A stretch of 64,000 bases of DNA from Azolla caroliniana (Eukaryota; Plantae; Polypodiophyta). Shown here piece by piece: positions 22,459-35,470 of the stretch (the stretch's first letter is position 1; every line of letters begins with the position of its first letter). The position numbers and the translations under genes were made by a program. A model generated the notes under the pieces. The model did not search any database and was not told the origin of the DNA. It saw only the letters and a program-made list of their open reading frames with translations. The DNA lies in the NCBI GenBank assembly GCA_043228905.1, contig JBHGNT010000007.1, positions 2,790,001-2,854,000 of the forward strand. Direction: 5' to 3'.

Positions 22459-25400
22459 GAGTCTTACATAGTCCCATCCTCTTAGTACTAATAGTACTTC
22501 CCTTCTTTAGTACTAATTCCATCTTTGCTTTAGTACTCTATTCTTGACAGTTTGAAACCAATTTTCCCTCAAGCCTACTTGTCGTTCTCCCTCATCCTCC
22601 TACCCTTTTCCCTATATTATGGCTACTGTTAGCGCCCAAGAATATCAATCTGTTTTCTCCGAGCTACAATGCCTAAAAGAAAAATTTGTTGCCTTGGAAC
22701 AAGAAAACCAACGGCTGATAGGGGATCTGCAACAAATCGCTCTAGAAAAACAACAAACGCAGCAACAACATGGGGAGTTAGTGTTACGGGTGCAACAACT
22801 CGAAGCAAAATTGCAACAACAAGGATCAAGTCCCCAAGGATTTCATAAAGAGCAGAAGAAACATGGCTCACTTCGTCTCATCGTTGATTACCGCGGCATA
22901 AATAAAGTCACCATCCGTAATAGGTATGCACTTCCTCTTATATCAAGTCTTTTAGAGCGAGTTAATGGTGCCAAGTTTTTTACAAAGATCGATCTACGAG
23001 GAGCGTATAACCTTGTGCGGATCTGACCAGGAGATGAATGGAAGACCGCCTTTCGCACGCGGTATGGGCATTTCGAATATACTGTTATGCCGTTCAGTCT
23101 AACCAATGCACCTGCAGTCTTCCAACACATGGCAAATGATATATTCAGAGACCTCCTGGATATCTGTTTGATCATCTATCTGGATGATCTATTGATTTAT
23201 TCGAAGACCCAGGAAGAGTACGATTCTCATGTACTATTAGTACTAAAACGACTCCGCAAACATGGTCTTTATGCCAAGCTAGAAAATGTAGCTTTGATTG
23301 CAAGCAAGTGGAATTTCTAGGCTACGTCATCTCCTCAAAGGGCATCTCCATGGATCCAGCTAAAGTCCAAACTGTGCTAGAGTGGCAAATTCCACAGTCG
23401 GTACAAGATGTGCAATGTTTTCTAGGTTTTGCTAACTTCTATCGCAAGTTTATACAAGATTACTTGAAGATTATTTTACCTCTCACACAACTTACGAAGA
23501 AGGGACAAGCATTTCTTTGGTCCAATGAAGCGGACATGGCTTTTCGGCATCTTAAGAAAGCCTTTACATCAGCTCCTATTCTAGCTCATGTGGATACAAA
23601 GAAACCATTCATCATGGAGGCCGACGCATCGAATTTCGCCCTCGGTAGCATCCTTTCTCAACAAGGAGATAAAGAAGAGTTACATCCTGCGGCTTTCCAT
23701 TCGCGCAAATTCGATGCCGCGGAAATCAACTACGAAATACATGACAAGGAGTTACTAGCCATCGTGGATTCCTTTGTGCAATGGCGGCATTTCTTAGAGA
23801 GCTCTCCACATCAGGTCATCGTCTTTAGTGATCACAAAAACCTTGCTTCAAAATCACATATCGACCGGGGAAGCAGCAAGGAAAAGCAGATGCGCTATCA
23901 CGGCATTCATATCTTGCACCTCGTCCTAGTGATCCAGCATTCGATAATCAAAAGCAAGTAATCTTGGGACCAACACGATTGCACACAATGCGGATTTTTC
24001 ACACCCCAATGGATTCCCAGATTACCGACACCATACGTGCGAACTTGAAGACGAACAATTTTGCTCAAGACATTCTGGCGCACATTGATACCTCTCGGGC
24101 ATCCTGTTCCCAGTCTCAACAACCAGGTATGGACTACCGACAATTCGAATATCATGATGGTTTGTTATTCTTTAAAAAGCTTGTATATGTCCCTTATTGC
24201 TCCTGTCGCCTTCAAATCGTCCAAAGTTGTCACGACACCCATATGGCATATGGCAGGACATTTCAATAGCACTAAGACGTTGGATCTAGTTCAACGATCC
24301 TTTTGGTGGCCCCATATGCGACGTTTTGTCGACGACTACGTTCGGACCTGTGATGCTTGCTGCCGAGCAAAGATGCCACGACATCATCCATATGGCTTGT
24401 TGGAACCCTTACCGATTCCAAGTAAGCCGTGGCAGTCTATTTGTCTTGACTTTATCACAAATCTGCCGGTCTCAAAGGGGTTCGATGTTATCTTAATCGT
24501 CGTCGATCGATATACGAAGATGGCACATTTTGTGCCGTGTACTAAGGCCATCACTAGAGAGGAAACCGCCGCCCTTGTCATGCGTGAGGTATTTCGGCAT
24601 CATGGCCTCCCAAACAGTATCATCAGTGACCGAGGACTGCAATTCGTCTCCAAATTTTGGCAGCATCTTTTCAAGATGCTCAAGGTCTCTTGCAACCTCT
24701 CCTCCGGCTACCATCCTCACACCGATGGGCAGGCGGAACCAACAGACCAAACGCTGGAGCAATATCTCTGGTGTTTCCTGAGTTATCAACAAGACAATTG
24801 GGCCGAGATTCTCCACTTTGCGGAGTTTGCGTATAATAATGTTGTTCACTCCTCGACTCGAGTCTCCCCATTCTATGCTTATACTGGTTCTCATCCTCGT
24901 TGGTCGGTGATCGACACCCCGGAGCTACCTACCAATCCTCGTGCCGAGGATCATTTGGAGAGACTACGCAAGATCTAGATCGATCTCTCTACTCATCTTC
25001 GTCATGCTCAACAAACACAAAAGACTTACGCGGATCGTCATCGGCTTCCCTCCTCTTTTGCCATCGAAAATCGAGTATGGCTTTTACGTTGTCACATCAA
25101 GACTACTCGACCGTGCGACAAGTTGGATTATCGACGACTCGGTCCTTTCCATATTACCGGTAAGGTTAATGATGTCACGTTCCGCCTTGATCTTCCTCCA
25201 CATCTTCGGATACATCCGGTCTTCCATAGTTCTCTTCTTGAACCTTATAAAGCAAACACTATTCCCGATTGTGTTACACCGCCGCCACCCCCGCTTGAGT
25301 TAGACGCCGACCCAGAGTATGAAGTTGCTGCCATCCTGGACCCCAAATTTGTTCGCAACAAACTTTATTATTTGGTTGATTGGCTCGGCTATAGTTTGAG

Positions 25401-27355
25401 TGAACGTACTTGGGAACCCGTGGAGCATGTTGCCAATGCTCAAGATCTTCTTGCTGAGTTCCATCAAAAGTATCTGGACAAACTCGGTCCACAATCGGCG
25501 CCGACTCGTTCCACTCGTCGCCTTAAGGGGGGATAGTGTCATGATATGGCAAGGCTCGAACCCATAACCCTATGTTATATGGGTCGACCTCTTGACCATT
25601 ATACCATCTATTGTAATACGTAGGATATTATTTTCATTTAAATTTTATTATAGGAAATTAATGTATTGTGGTGTGCATGTGTTCCTTTGTGCCACCCTCT
25701 TAGCTCACCCTTTTTAGGATGCGTGTGCCCATGTTGACCCACCCTTTTAGCACATCATGTTTAGCCAAGCCAACCCAAATGGGTTCCGTTGTATCAACTA
25801 TAAATGGATTAAGAAGTAAGAAGCTAAGGAGACTGGTTTTGATCTCTTATGTGCATTTCACATATTGGTGGAGAAGTGGGGTACCAGTCCCCCACATCCA
25901 AGCATCCGCCTCTTCCGCTTCGTAGGTAGCATCGCCCTCGCCACCATCACCGACACTCTTATTAGTCTCTTGTAGTAGTATCTCTTCTATTAGCATCGCC
26001 TTAGTTCACTAGTTAGGCCTCCCGATATCCACCGCTTCCTCCATCCAAGTCCTTTTCTGGTGATCGCCATCTATACCTCTCTAGCACGTAAGCCCACTAC
26101 ACCTTCACCTTAGACACTCTCACTTTCTCACACCACTTTTGTGTCTTGCCCCACCAACTCTTCCCCCTCACCTTAGGTTGCCCACTAACTTCTTGTCCCA
26201 TGAGTTTCTCCGATCTCCCCCCTACATGATAGCGCTCCTATCCCCCACCTCAGCTAAGTCTAGGTGGCCCTCAATCCAGAGGAGCGATTGATCTCTAACC
26301 AGTTATAACCCTTCTACATGCTAGCGCTCCTATCCCCAATCTCAGCCGAGTCCAGATGGCCCTCAGTCCACAGGAGTGATTGATTTTTTGCCGCCATATG
26401 ATCTTTTCTTGATCCCCCTCCGACACGATAGCCCTCTTGTCCCCCACCTCAGCCGAGCCCAAGTGGCCCTCAGTCCACAGGAGCGATTGATCTTCGCCGC
26501 CATATGATCTTTCCTTGATCCCTCTCCGACACGATAGCCCTCTTGTCCCCCCCTTAGCAAAGTCCAGGTGGCCCTCAGTCCACAGGAGCTATTGATCTCT
26601 ATTCGTCGATTGCTAGCTCGTTTTCCGTCTATCAAGGCCATCAGTTCCATGGAGACGTCCTCAACTTCGTTGCAACTCAACTACGTGTCTAGCAGATGTT
26701 TACGTCTCCATACCATCCTCATCGAATGCCTCAACAAGTCCCTCAAGCAAGCGATGGTTGCATGAGTCAACCCTTTTCGAGCACTCTATAGATGCGACCC
26801 TCGCCTCCTACAAGAATCCATTCACACGCTGCCAACATGGATTGTGCCACTTGGGGGCTCTATCTCCAACAAATGCTACCCCTCCTTCGACAAGCCATTG
26901 TTTTTGTTTTTGTTCTGGTTCGTGTACCTGTCCTGTTCTTGTTCATGCCCCTCAATCTCTTGTTTCTCGCAGGGGGGAAATGTGGTGTGCATGTGTTCCT
27001 TTGTGCCACCCTCTTAGCTCACCCTTTTTAGGATGCGTGTGCCCAAGTTGACCCACCCTTTTAGCACACCCTGTTTAGCCAAGCCAACCCAAATGGGTTC
27101 CGTTGTATCAACTATAAATGGATTAAGAAGTAAGAAGCTAAGGAGACTGGTTTTGATCTCTTATGTGCATTTCATAGTATATTCTAGATTTCTCTGGAAC
27201 ATTCTAGAAGCTTCAGGATTATTCTTGAGAACACTATAAAAGAAGGCACTAGGCATTATGTTGAACCAAATTGGTTCAACGCCAGTCTAGCCATTTTGTA
27301 CTTATCCTTCACATAATATATTGGTTGTTATCATCATCTCTCTCTCTCTCTCTCA
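21851..27355 (+). mobile_element. Ty3/Gypsy chromovirus (Tcn1-like), internally deleted; 5' LTR 21851-22549, 3' LTR from 25537 interrupted and truncated
   Basis: Both LTRs begin TGTCATGATATGGC; gag start 22619 fused to RT ([29 protein letters not shown]); RNase H (EADASNFALG, YEIHDKELLAI); integrase (CDAC, GYHPHTDGQ, GPF..HPVFH); chromodomain YEVAAILD...YLVDWLGY...TWEP; PPT AAGGGGGGATAG. Confidence 0.93.
25667..27176 (+). mobile_element. Non-autonomous TRIM-like LTR element nested in the chromovirus 3' LTR
   Basis: 196-bp near-identical LTRs 25667-25862 and 26981-27176; PBS-like TGGTGGAGAAGTGGGG; PPT AGGGGGGAAA 26971-26980; TSD GTAT at 25663-25666 and 27177-27180; non-coding interior with ~100-bp tandem repeats at ~26200-26600. 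Confidence 0.9.
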
Positions 27356-27699
27356 GATTGACAAAGAGAGAGAGAGAGGTTCAGATTGACAATGTGGGGA
27401 AACCAAGCTCAGACATGATAATCGAAATAGCGGGGAATGTGGAACATACATACATAGTTGGGGGCTCGATGAGCATGTTTGAGAGAAGAAGATACATTCA
27501 GGGCCGATGTCGGGGGTGAGAGTGAGGAAGTCTCTTTGCACCAGCCAAGACCTACGGGGTTGAGTTCGAGATGGAAAGGAATACACGTATGTGTGTGTGT
27601 GAGAGTTTGCATTTGGTCGGGAGGCAAGAGTGGTCCGGAAAGCAATAAGTCAATGGGTGGTAGAGATATACGTTATACTAGAGTATTGTGGGAATGATC

Positions 27700-28370
27700 C
27701 CAAGGGAAGGAAGCATGAGAGAGATGTGTGGGGGTGGTATAGAATGATAGACAAATTGATAGATAGATGGATAGATAGATAGATAGATAGATGGATAGAT
27801 AGATAGATACATGTGTTTTATTTTTAGCCAAAAGAAGAAGAAGAAGAAGAAGAAATTTGAAGAGGAAGGAATGAATGTGTCCGTCCGTGTGTGTTGAGGA
27901 TTTTGAGGATTTTTGTAAGTCTTCAATGAAGAACGCCCGCAAAAAATAAATAAATGATTAATTAATTAATTAATCACATTAATAATTAGAGGGGTATATA
28001 TATGTATATAGATATTTATTTATTTTTTTACGGCGGTTGGAAAGATTTGCTTTCTTTCGCTCCCGAAAATAATAAATCAAATAATAAAAATTGAACGAGA
28101 AAATGAATTTAATATAATTAAATAATAAGAGGAAGAAAATCCATTCCTCCCCGCCCCTAAAAAAAAAAAAGCAAAACACAGAAAACGAAGTGCAGCTTCG
28201 TAAATACATACATAAAGCGAAACAAAAAAAATTAATTAATTAATTAATTAATTACGTATTAAGTAAGTAATTAACTAACCAATTAAATTATGAGAGGAGA
28301 GAGAGAGAGAGAGAGAGAGAGGATAAACAGAGTATGTAGTTGGGGGTAAAGAGGAATGGCATTACATAAG

Positions 28371-28402
<32 letters not shown>

Positions 28403-28897
28403 GAATTAAATGGGTTCTTAAAGAAGATGAAGATGAAGAAGAAGAAGAAGAAGAAGAAGGAGGAAAGGAAAGAGAGAGAGAGAGAGAGAGAGAGACAAAG
28501 CAGCAGTTTTCATACATACACATTATACATTCATACATACATACATACATAGTACGTAAAATTCGTGTTCGTCTAGCATAACATTCGTTTCCCTACGTTG
28601 GAAAACGAATGCGAATGTTATTAAAACATTGTGTTTTGTTTTTGGTTTTTTTTTGTGTTTTTTTCTATTTTTTAGGCTTATTTACCTCATAAATAAATAG
28701 TTAATCCAATAAGTATGGTATTTATCATTCTTTGAACGTATGGTACGTATGGTTCATACTATACTATGCATACATACATACGTATATTTGTGAAGTAAAT
28801 GAAACAAGCATAGATACATACGTATATTTGTGAAGTAAATGAAACAAGGAATTAGAAGAGCTTTGAAACACACACAGACAGACAGACAGAAGGACAC

Positions 28898-28934
<37 letters not shown>

Positions 28935-29130
28935 GTTAAAGGATTTAACGATGGAAATGCTGACATTATTATTAATTCATTCCCTCAGACAGACAGACAG
29001 ACAGACAGAGACACACAAACACACACACAGAGCCCCCCCTTCTCTCTCTCTCTCTCTCTCTTAATTAACAAAGAAAGAGGTGAAGAAATTCAATCTCTTA
29101 TCCTTCTCATTCTCATTCTCATTTAATACG
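27700..29130. repeat. Microsatellite-dense intergenic region: (GATA)n, (GAA)n, (TAAT)n, (GA)n, (CATA)n, (GACA)n
   Basis: Directly visible simple repeats upstream of the RopGEF gene. Confidence 0.85.
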
Positions 29131-30095
29131 CAAATGCAGAGTCAGAGTTGTGATTAGATATAGATGGATCATGGGCTATATAGCTCTTTTTGATCTAGTT
29201 AATACTACCCACAAATTCGTTCTCGCTCTATCTGGTTTCTCTAGTTAAATCAAAATGCATTACTCATATTACTTATATATCCTTTTAGTTAATTTAAACC
29301 CATTACTCTCTCTCGTTCCTCGTATTACTCATATATTACTTATATATCCTTTTAGTTGATTTAAACCCATTACAGGTGTTTTTCTGTGGCCTGGTTTAGC
29401 TAGTTAATTCTGCTTTCCTCTCTAGCTCCTTATCATTGCTCCTTGTTTTCCTCCTCTAGCTTACATACTTCCATCGTTATTGCTCCTCTCTAGCTTGCTT
29501 GTATTATCACTCCTCTTCTTGCCTATATGATTGTCTCGCCTGTTTTATCCCTAACTTACATTATTGCTTTCCATTTTCATAGCCCATTTTTTTTCTCTGC
29601 TTTCCATTAATTCATACCCCATTCGCTTCCACCTTCATTATTATTTAAACATAGTATCGTCTTCCCTGCATTTCTTTATTATTATCGTTTCATCCATTCT
29701 TCATAGCAAATTTGCGTCCATCACAACTTTACAGTGAAAATAAATACTTGAGCTTCTTCTTTTTTACCTTTGCCCTAATTCCTGTTGTTTTCCCCCATTC
29801 CATGTCCCATTTGTTTCCGTTTACATCTTTAGGGTTAAGAATACTGTCTTTCGGTATCTCTTTGTCTGTTGTTCACTCTATTCTATATATCCTGCCTTCT
29901 CTGTTTTCATATTTCTTTTCATTTCTATTTTCTCCGGTTTCCATAGCCTATTTGCTTCCATAAATATATTTATAGGATAAAGAAAAGATTGTATTTGTCC
30001 TTTTTTCTTATTCTTCTTCCTCTATTTTTCCTGTTCTGGTTTTTGCACATCAACTAAGGTCAACATAGCAACTTTAGCATTTGGGTTTTCTTTTT

Positions 30096-33000
30096 ATGGA
30101 AAGAGCGTTAGATAGTGTGAGCTCTAGTATAAGTCTCCATAGTTGGGGTTCGGATCTTGCTGAAGAAAGGGACGAATTTCATGGATTCAACAATTTTGGT
30201 AGACATGTAGATCAAGAAGTGGCTTCTCCTCCACTTCTTATACAGCCAGAAGTGTTGTGTAAAGCTAAATCTCAATGTTACGGCTTCCCACCTTCATGTG
30301 AATCCGTTAACATCCTTCTCTCTAAGCGACTTCCCATGTCTCAACATGACAAAGAATGTTCAAGTAAGGAATTCTTTTTATGTCAAAATCGTAATCTGAA
30401 ATAGAAACAATCTAACACGAAATGCATGTGTGTACAGTTATTGAGAGGACATATAGTAAATCGATCGTTGTAAATCTTAATGAAAATAACTTAATTGATG
30501 TTGTAAATCTTAATGTGAGGTAGAGAGAGATTTCATGTGGCAGTGTTATTGCCGTTGTAAATCTAAATTTAAATGTATGCGTATATGTCAGACCAACTTA
30601 ATTGTTCTTGTCAATCCAATTAAAATGTATGTCTGTATAACAGAGTAACTTAATTGTTTTAAATATTTAGCAGAGATATGGCTCATGTTGTAATATCAGT
30701 TTTTTAAATTCTTCGTGTGTTTCTTTTTATAAACAGGTCTAATTTTGATGATGAAAGAGAGGTTTGCAAAGTTGCTTCTGGGAGAAGATTTCTCTGGAGG
30801 TTCAAAAGGATCGAACACTGCTCTCACAATCTCAAACGCCATAACTAAACTATCAGGTTTGCCAGAATAGAAAACTCAGTTATATGAATGTGTGTCTTGG
30901 TTAGAAGTTGTATTCTCGTGTATCAATGAGCTTTGCAGGTAATCTCGTATGCATAATGAATGCATCTCATTGATGACTGACTTTCCTTGAGTGATGTCAT
31001 TGAGTGTACTGTATTTATATTGGTCACCCAGTCGAGTTTCTATGGATATGATGCCTTGTGTATGGAGTATTTCAATGGAGATTCAAATCTATGGCTAAGA
31101 GGGAGATTTAGGTAATAGCATTCTTGGGAATATCCAACAATTGCTTTTGTTTTAGATAGTCATAGACGAGTTAAGGTATCTGGAAATTAATATGTTTCAT
31201 CTTTCTTGTAGCTTGTAGATTGAATACCTATGATACTGTTACTCTCGTAATGGTGTTTGGAATAGGTTGTTATAATTATGATGATGGTTGATATATAATT
31301 GACATTATGATATGGGTATTGCAGTGGCAATCTTTGGTGATCTTCCACGACTTGAGTCATTGAATGATGAAAGCAAGATTAAATGGAATAGAGAGATGGA
31401 ATGGCTCGTCTCACCATGCGATTATATTGTCGAGCTTGTACCATCATGTCAATCTCTTCAAGATGGAACGACAGTTGAAGTGAGTACTTGTGACAAAATT
31501 TCTGGATTTCAAATCAGGATAGTACCCCAAAATGCGTTGGCTATTGACCAAAATACCTCCATGCATACGGGTCAAACTTTTCTATTAAAGGGTATTCTGG
31601 TTAATATTCAACAATTTGGGGGGTTGTTTTCTCCTTCAAATTACCATAAATTGATAGTCCTATCTATACCAAACTTGGGAATCTTCATGATTAATCTTGG
31701 ATTTGTCATATATACATGTTCAATTATATTTGCAGGTGATGGCAAGCAAACCTCGGTCTGATGTATATATCGGTCTTCCCGCTCTCCAGAAGCTGGACGG
31801 CATGTTGATGGTAAGCACCTGAATGCAATCCTTTCTTTTACCAGTGGAAACATGAAGCATGTGGATAACTCTCAAACATTTATTTCACGAATATTATGTT
31901 TGTTGATGCTAATTTTGAGATGTAAATACTCTCTATAGTACTAGGAACCTTCATTTTGTTTGTTGATGTGCTTATCTTCAATCCTTAATGCTTCAAAGGA
32001 GTAATTTGGAATCATCATTTAGAAATTTAATATTTGTCAATTTTCTTATTTTGAAGTCAGAATATTTCAGGATACTAGTAATTGTAATTTAGAGGTTTGA
32101 TTTTTGTTGATACTTCACAAAGAACTTCAATAAGTAAAATAAGGAATGTTGAAATATGATGTTTGTTAAAACTTCAGGAAGTACTTCAAGAAGTTATATG
32201 GAATTATAAATATTAGTTTGCTGATACTCATCTTAAATCATCTGTGCTTTAAGATGCAATACTTAGTGTCGTTTTGAAATACAATTTTTGTTTGAATATT
32301 TATCTTGAATCCTTTAAACTTCAAGCATTAATAGGAAGTACAATGTTTGTGTGGATACTTAAGATTGATACCTAATTCTTCAAAAAAGTACTAGGATGTA
32401 TCACTTAAATGCAATGCGTATGTATATTCTTACTTTCAATTGTTAATACTTAGGAAGTAATAGGGAATCATCATTTTGTAATTACATGTTTATGGAAGCT
32501 TACATCAATTTCTTAATGCTTCAAGGAAGTTTCACCTTAGAAATATGATACTTATTTTGATTATTATATTGAATTTCTTATAACTTCAGGATGTACTGGG
32601 AAGCTTCACTAATAATGAATTCTGGTATACCGAAAGTGTGCACGAGACTCCCACATTCAGTGTAGGTGGCAATTTTAGGGATTGTGATGTGTGGGTACCT
32701 GTTGTAGAAGTGCCTTCGTGTGGCCTATCAGAGATGGCAAGAAGACATCTTTGCCAGCAACGAGAATCTGCGAATCAGATATTAAAGGCTGCAAAATCTA
32801 TCAATGAGCATGTATTAGCTGAGATGGAAGTGCCTGAAAGCTACTGGAAATCATTACCAAAAGTAAGCTCATGCCATGCTCTTCCTATATGCTAGAATAG
32901 TGTAGGCTCTATGCATCATTGTAGCATATGGTAGTCTTGATTTCAACATGTATTGGTAGTTTCTTCAAAATAAACTTGCTTAGTTTTTTTCTATTCTCTT

Positions 33001-33920
33001 GCAGAGCGGGAAAAAAGTCATAGCGGACTCGCCATTGAGAATTGTCACTTCGGATTCTTGCTGTTTTGAGATGTTGCTGTCAGGGCTGGATTATCCCTCG
33101 TATAGAAACCTATCAAACCTTGCGAATGGATTAGAATCTCTTATCCATGTGTGGACATTGAAGATAAGGAATAGGCTGAAACATGCACCTCATCCAGAAG
33201 ATGCATCTTGTAGGGCAACATCAACATGGGTGCATATGAACAAAGATTCTTCCATGAAGAAGTTGGAGAAGAAGAAGAAGTATGTGCAAAGAGCTAGAAG
33301 CTTGCTAGCAGAGCTGAGGCATAAGTTCCCTGGTTTGTTGCAGACTTCTTTGGAGCTGAACAAAATCCAACATAACAAGGTTTAATGTTCTTCATCATGT
33401 TCTTGTATTATTGGCATGGAAAACTATGCTGCTAATGATTTCTGTGAAGGAAACTTTTGTGTAATATATATATATATATCAGTTAATGGTGCATGCTTTT
33501 GAACCACTAAGATTTGCTAGCATTACATGGAAAGGAAAAAAAATAGAATGGAAGAGTTCTTTTTTTGTTTGGTGTAACAATACTAGTGAAAATCTTAAGT
33601 TTTTGGATGAAAATTATCCAACTAAAGCTTCCGGGTTATTCACTTCCAGTGATCATGATATAACCATGCAGGATGTAGGTTATTCAGTGTTAGAGAGCTA
33701 TTCGAGGGCTTTGGTAAACCTGGGTGCAAGGATTGAAACAAGGATTGTGGAAGTCCTGTCAGCTGATAAAGATGCCGTTTTGTCTCGACTTCACTCATTG
33801 AATGCAAATTCCGATCCTCTTACATCACCTGGAGCTCCTTGTCTGGAGACTCAAGAACCCTCTTCTACTGCCCATGAGAATAGTGTACATTTAGGTATGC
33901 AACTGGAGGAAGTTTTATGA
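30096..33920 (+). CDS. ROPGEF: Rop guanine nucleotide exchange factor (PRONE domain), 7 exons: ~30096-30363, 30737-30856, 31325-31479, 31736-31810, 32590-32862, 33005-33379, 33672-33920
   Basis: [110 protein letters not shown]|[12 protein letters not shown]; GT-AG boundaries. Confidence 0.93.
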
Positions 33921-35036
33921 AGAATCTCAAATAATCTCGCGTCTTGAGTTACAGAGTGTAAGTGTAACAAATGAAGTGTTGCTGCTAACAACTTTGTCGG
34001 AAGGATATAGGGGTTTATGGTTCCATGATCAATGGAAAGGCTACACACACAAAGCAACCTATTGATCATGGATCACCATTCATTTTTAACCCTAATTGCC
34101 AATCGTGAAATTAGCTTAATCATCCAAAACTTGTGATTACATATCTGAAACCTTCGGAAATTGCGAGGGCAACTTTTTCAGTATAGAGATTTATGGTTCC
34201 ATGATCAACAAAAAGGCTAGCATCATGCATAGCCTATTGATCATGAATCACCATTCATTTCTAACATTATATTAACTGTGAAATTAACTTTTTGTATCCT
34301 AGATCTAAACTTGTCACTAAGGAAACTATGATGCTAGTAGTCATGATATGACTACTTAAGAATGTGCTTGAGAGGTTGTCATGAAGTTTTCTTAACTCTA
34401 ACTAAAACATAGTAATAGTGATCTGGGCCTCATACATGTTTGAGATAGTTAAGTAACACTATATTTAACAAGATGATGAGCATGGATTCAAGTTGGATCT
34501 TCATGACAGTTTAGTTGCTCCTTGATAGGCTGAAACAATTCTCTCATACTTCCTTATGCTTGATTAAAATTCAGGCTCTTAACTGCATGGAATTTAAGAT
34601 CCTGAAAATACATTGAAAAATAATTAGCATTGCAATCATATCTAAGAATAATGTTCCAACCGAATCTTGGTTTTTTCTGATTCTAGTTGAAATTAGTGAG
34701 ATAGTATCATTTTAATTTTATGCCTGAAAATAAAGTTAGCAATTTACGATTCCAATTTACGGGTAAGGGTATGTTGGCTTCTCTAGGATGGAAAAAAATG
34801 ATTAAATTGATTCTAGTAAAAAGAAAGTTATCATTTCCCAATAACTGTGAATTAATCTACGCCACTTTGAATATAAACTATATTTTAATGTTGAATTATT
34901 TTCTGAAACTTCGTTTTTCACATGAGTGGCCTAAAATATGTTCCAACTTTTGAAAATGTACATGGAAATTTTGACAAAAAGCTAAATGGATGTCTAATAA
35001 TGCAAGCATGGTTTAATAAGTTCCTTAAGTTTTTTT

Positions 35037-35470
35037 AAAGTGAGTTTTAGTAGTTCAGATCTAAACAATTGAGGAAATTACATATTATACATAAGGTAAT
35101 AAAAAGAAAGAGCAATGCTTGTTTATTGTGATAATGGTGTACAAATAAATGCATGGTCAAAGTTCTTAACATGTAAAGCTATTGAGGTAATAGTCTCAAA
35201 GAGCAATGCTTGTTTATTGTGATAATACATAGTATGAAAATAAATGCAAATAAAGTGAGTTTTAGTAGTTTAGAGCTAAACAATTGAGGAAATTACATAT
35301 TATAAATAAGGTAATAAAAAGAAAGAGCAATGCTTGTTTATTGTGATAATGGTGCCAGGTGTACAAATAAATGCATGGTCATAGTTCGTAACATGTAAAG
35401 ATATTGAGGTAATAGTCTCAAAGAGCCATGTTTGTTTATTGTGATAATAGTATACAAATAAATGCAAATG
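35037..35470. repeat. ~215-bp tandem duplication with internal sub-repeat (AAAGAGCAATGCTTGTTTATTGTGATAAT)
   Basis: aaagtgagttttagtagtt... appears at ~35037 and again at ~35251. Confidence 0.8.

Noticed and set aside
27338-27380. miR535/miR156-like hairpin (TTGACAAAGAGAGAGAG)
   Set aside because: Pairing comes only from adjacent (CT)n and (AG)n tracts; no full mature miRNA match
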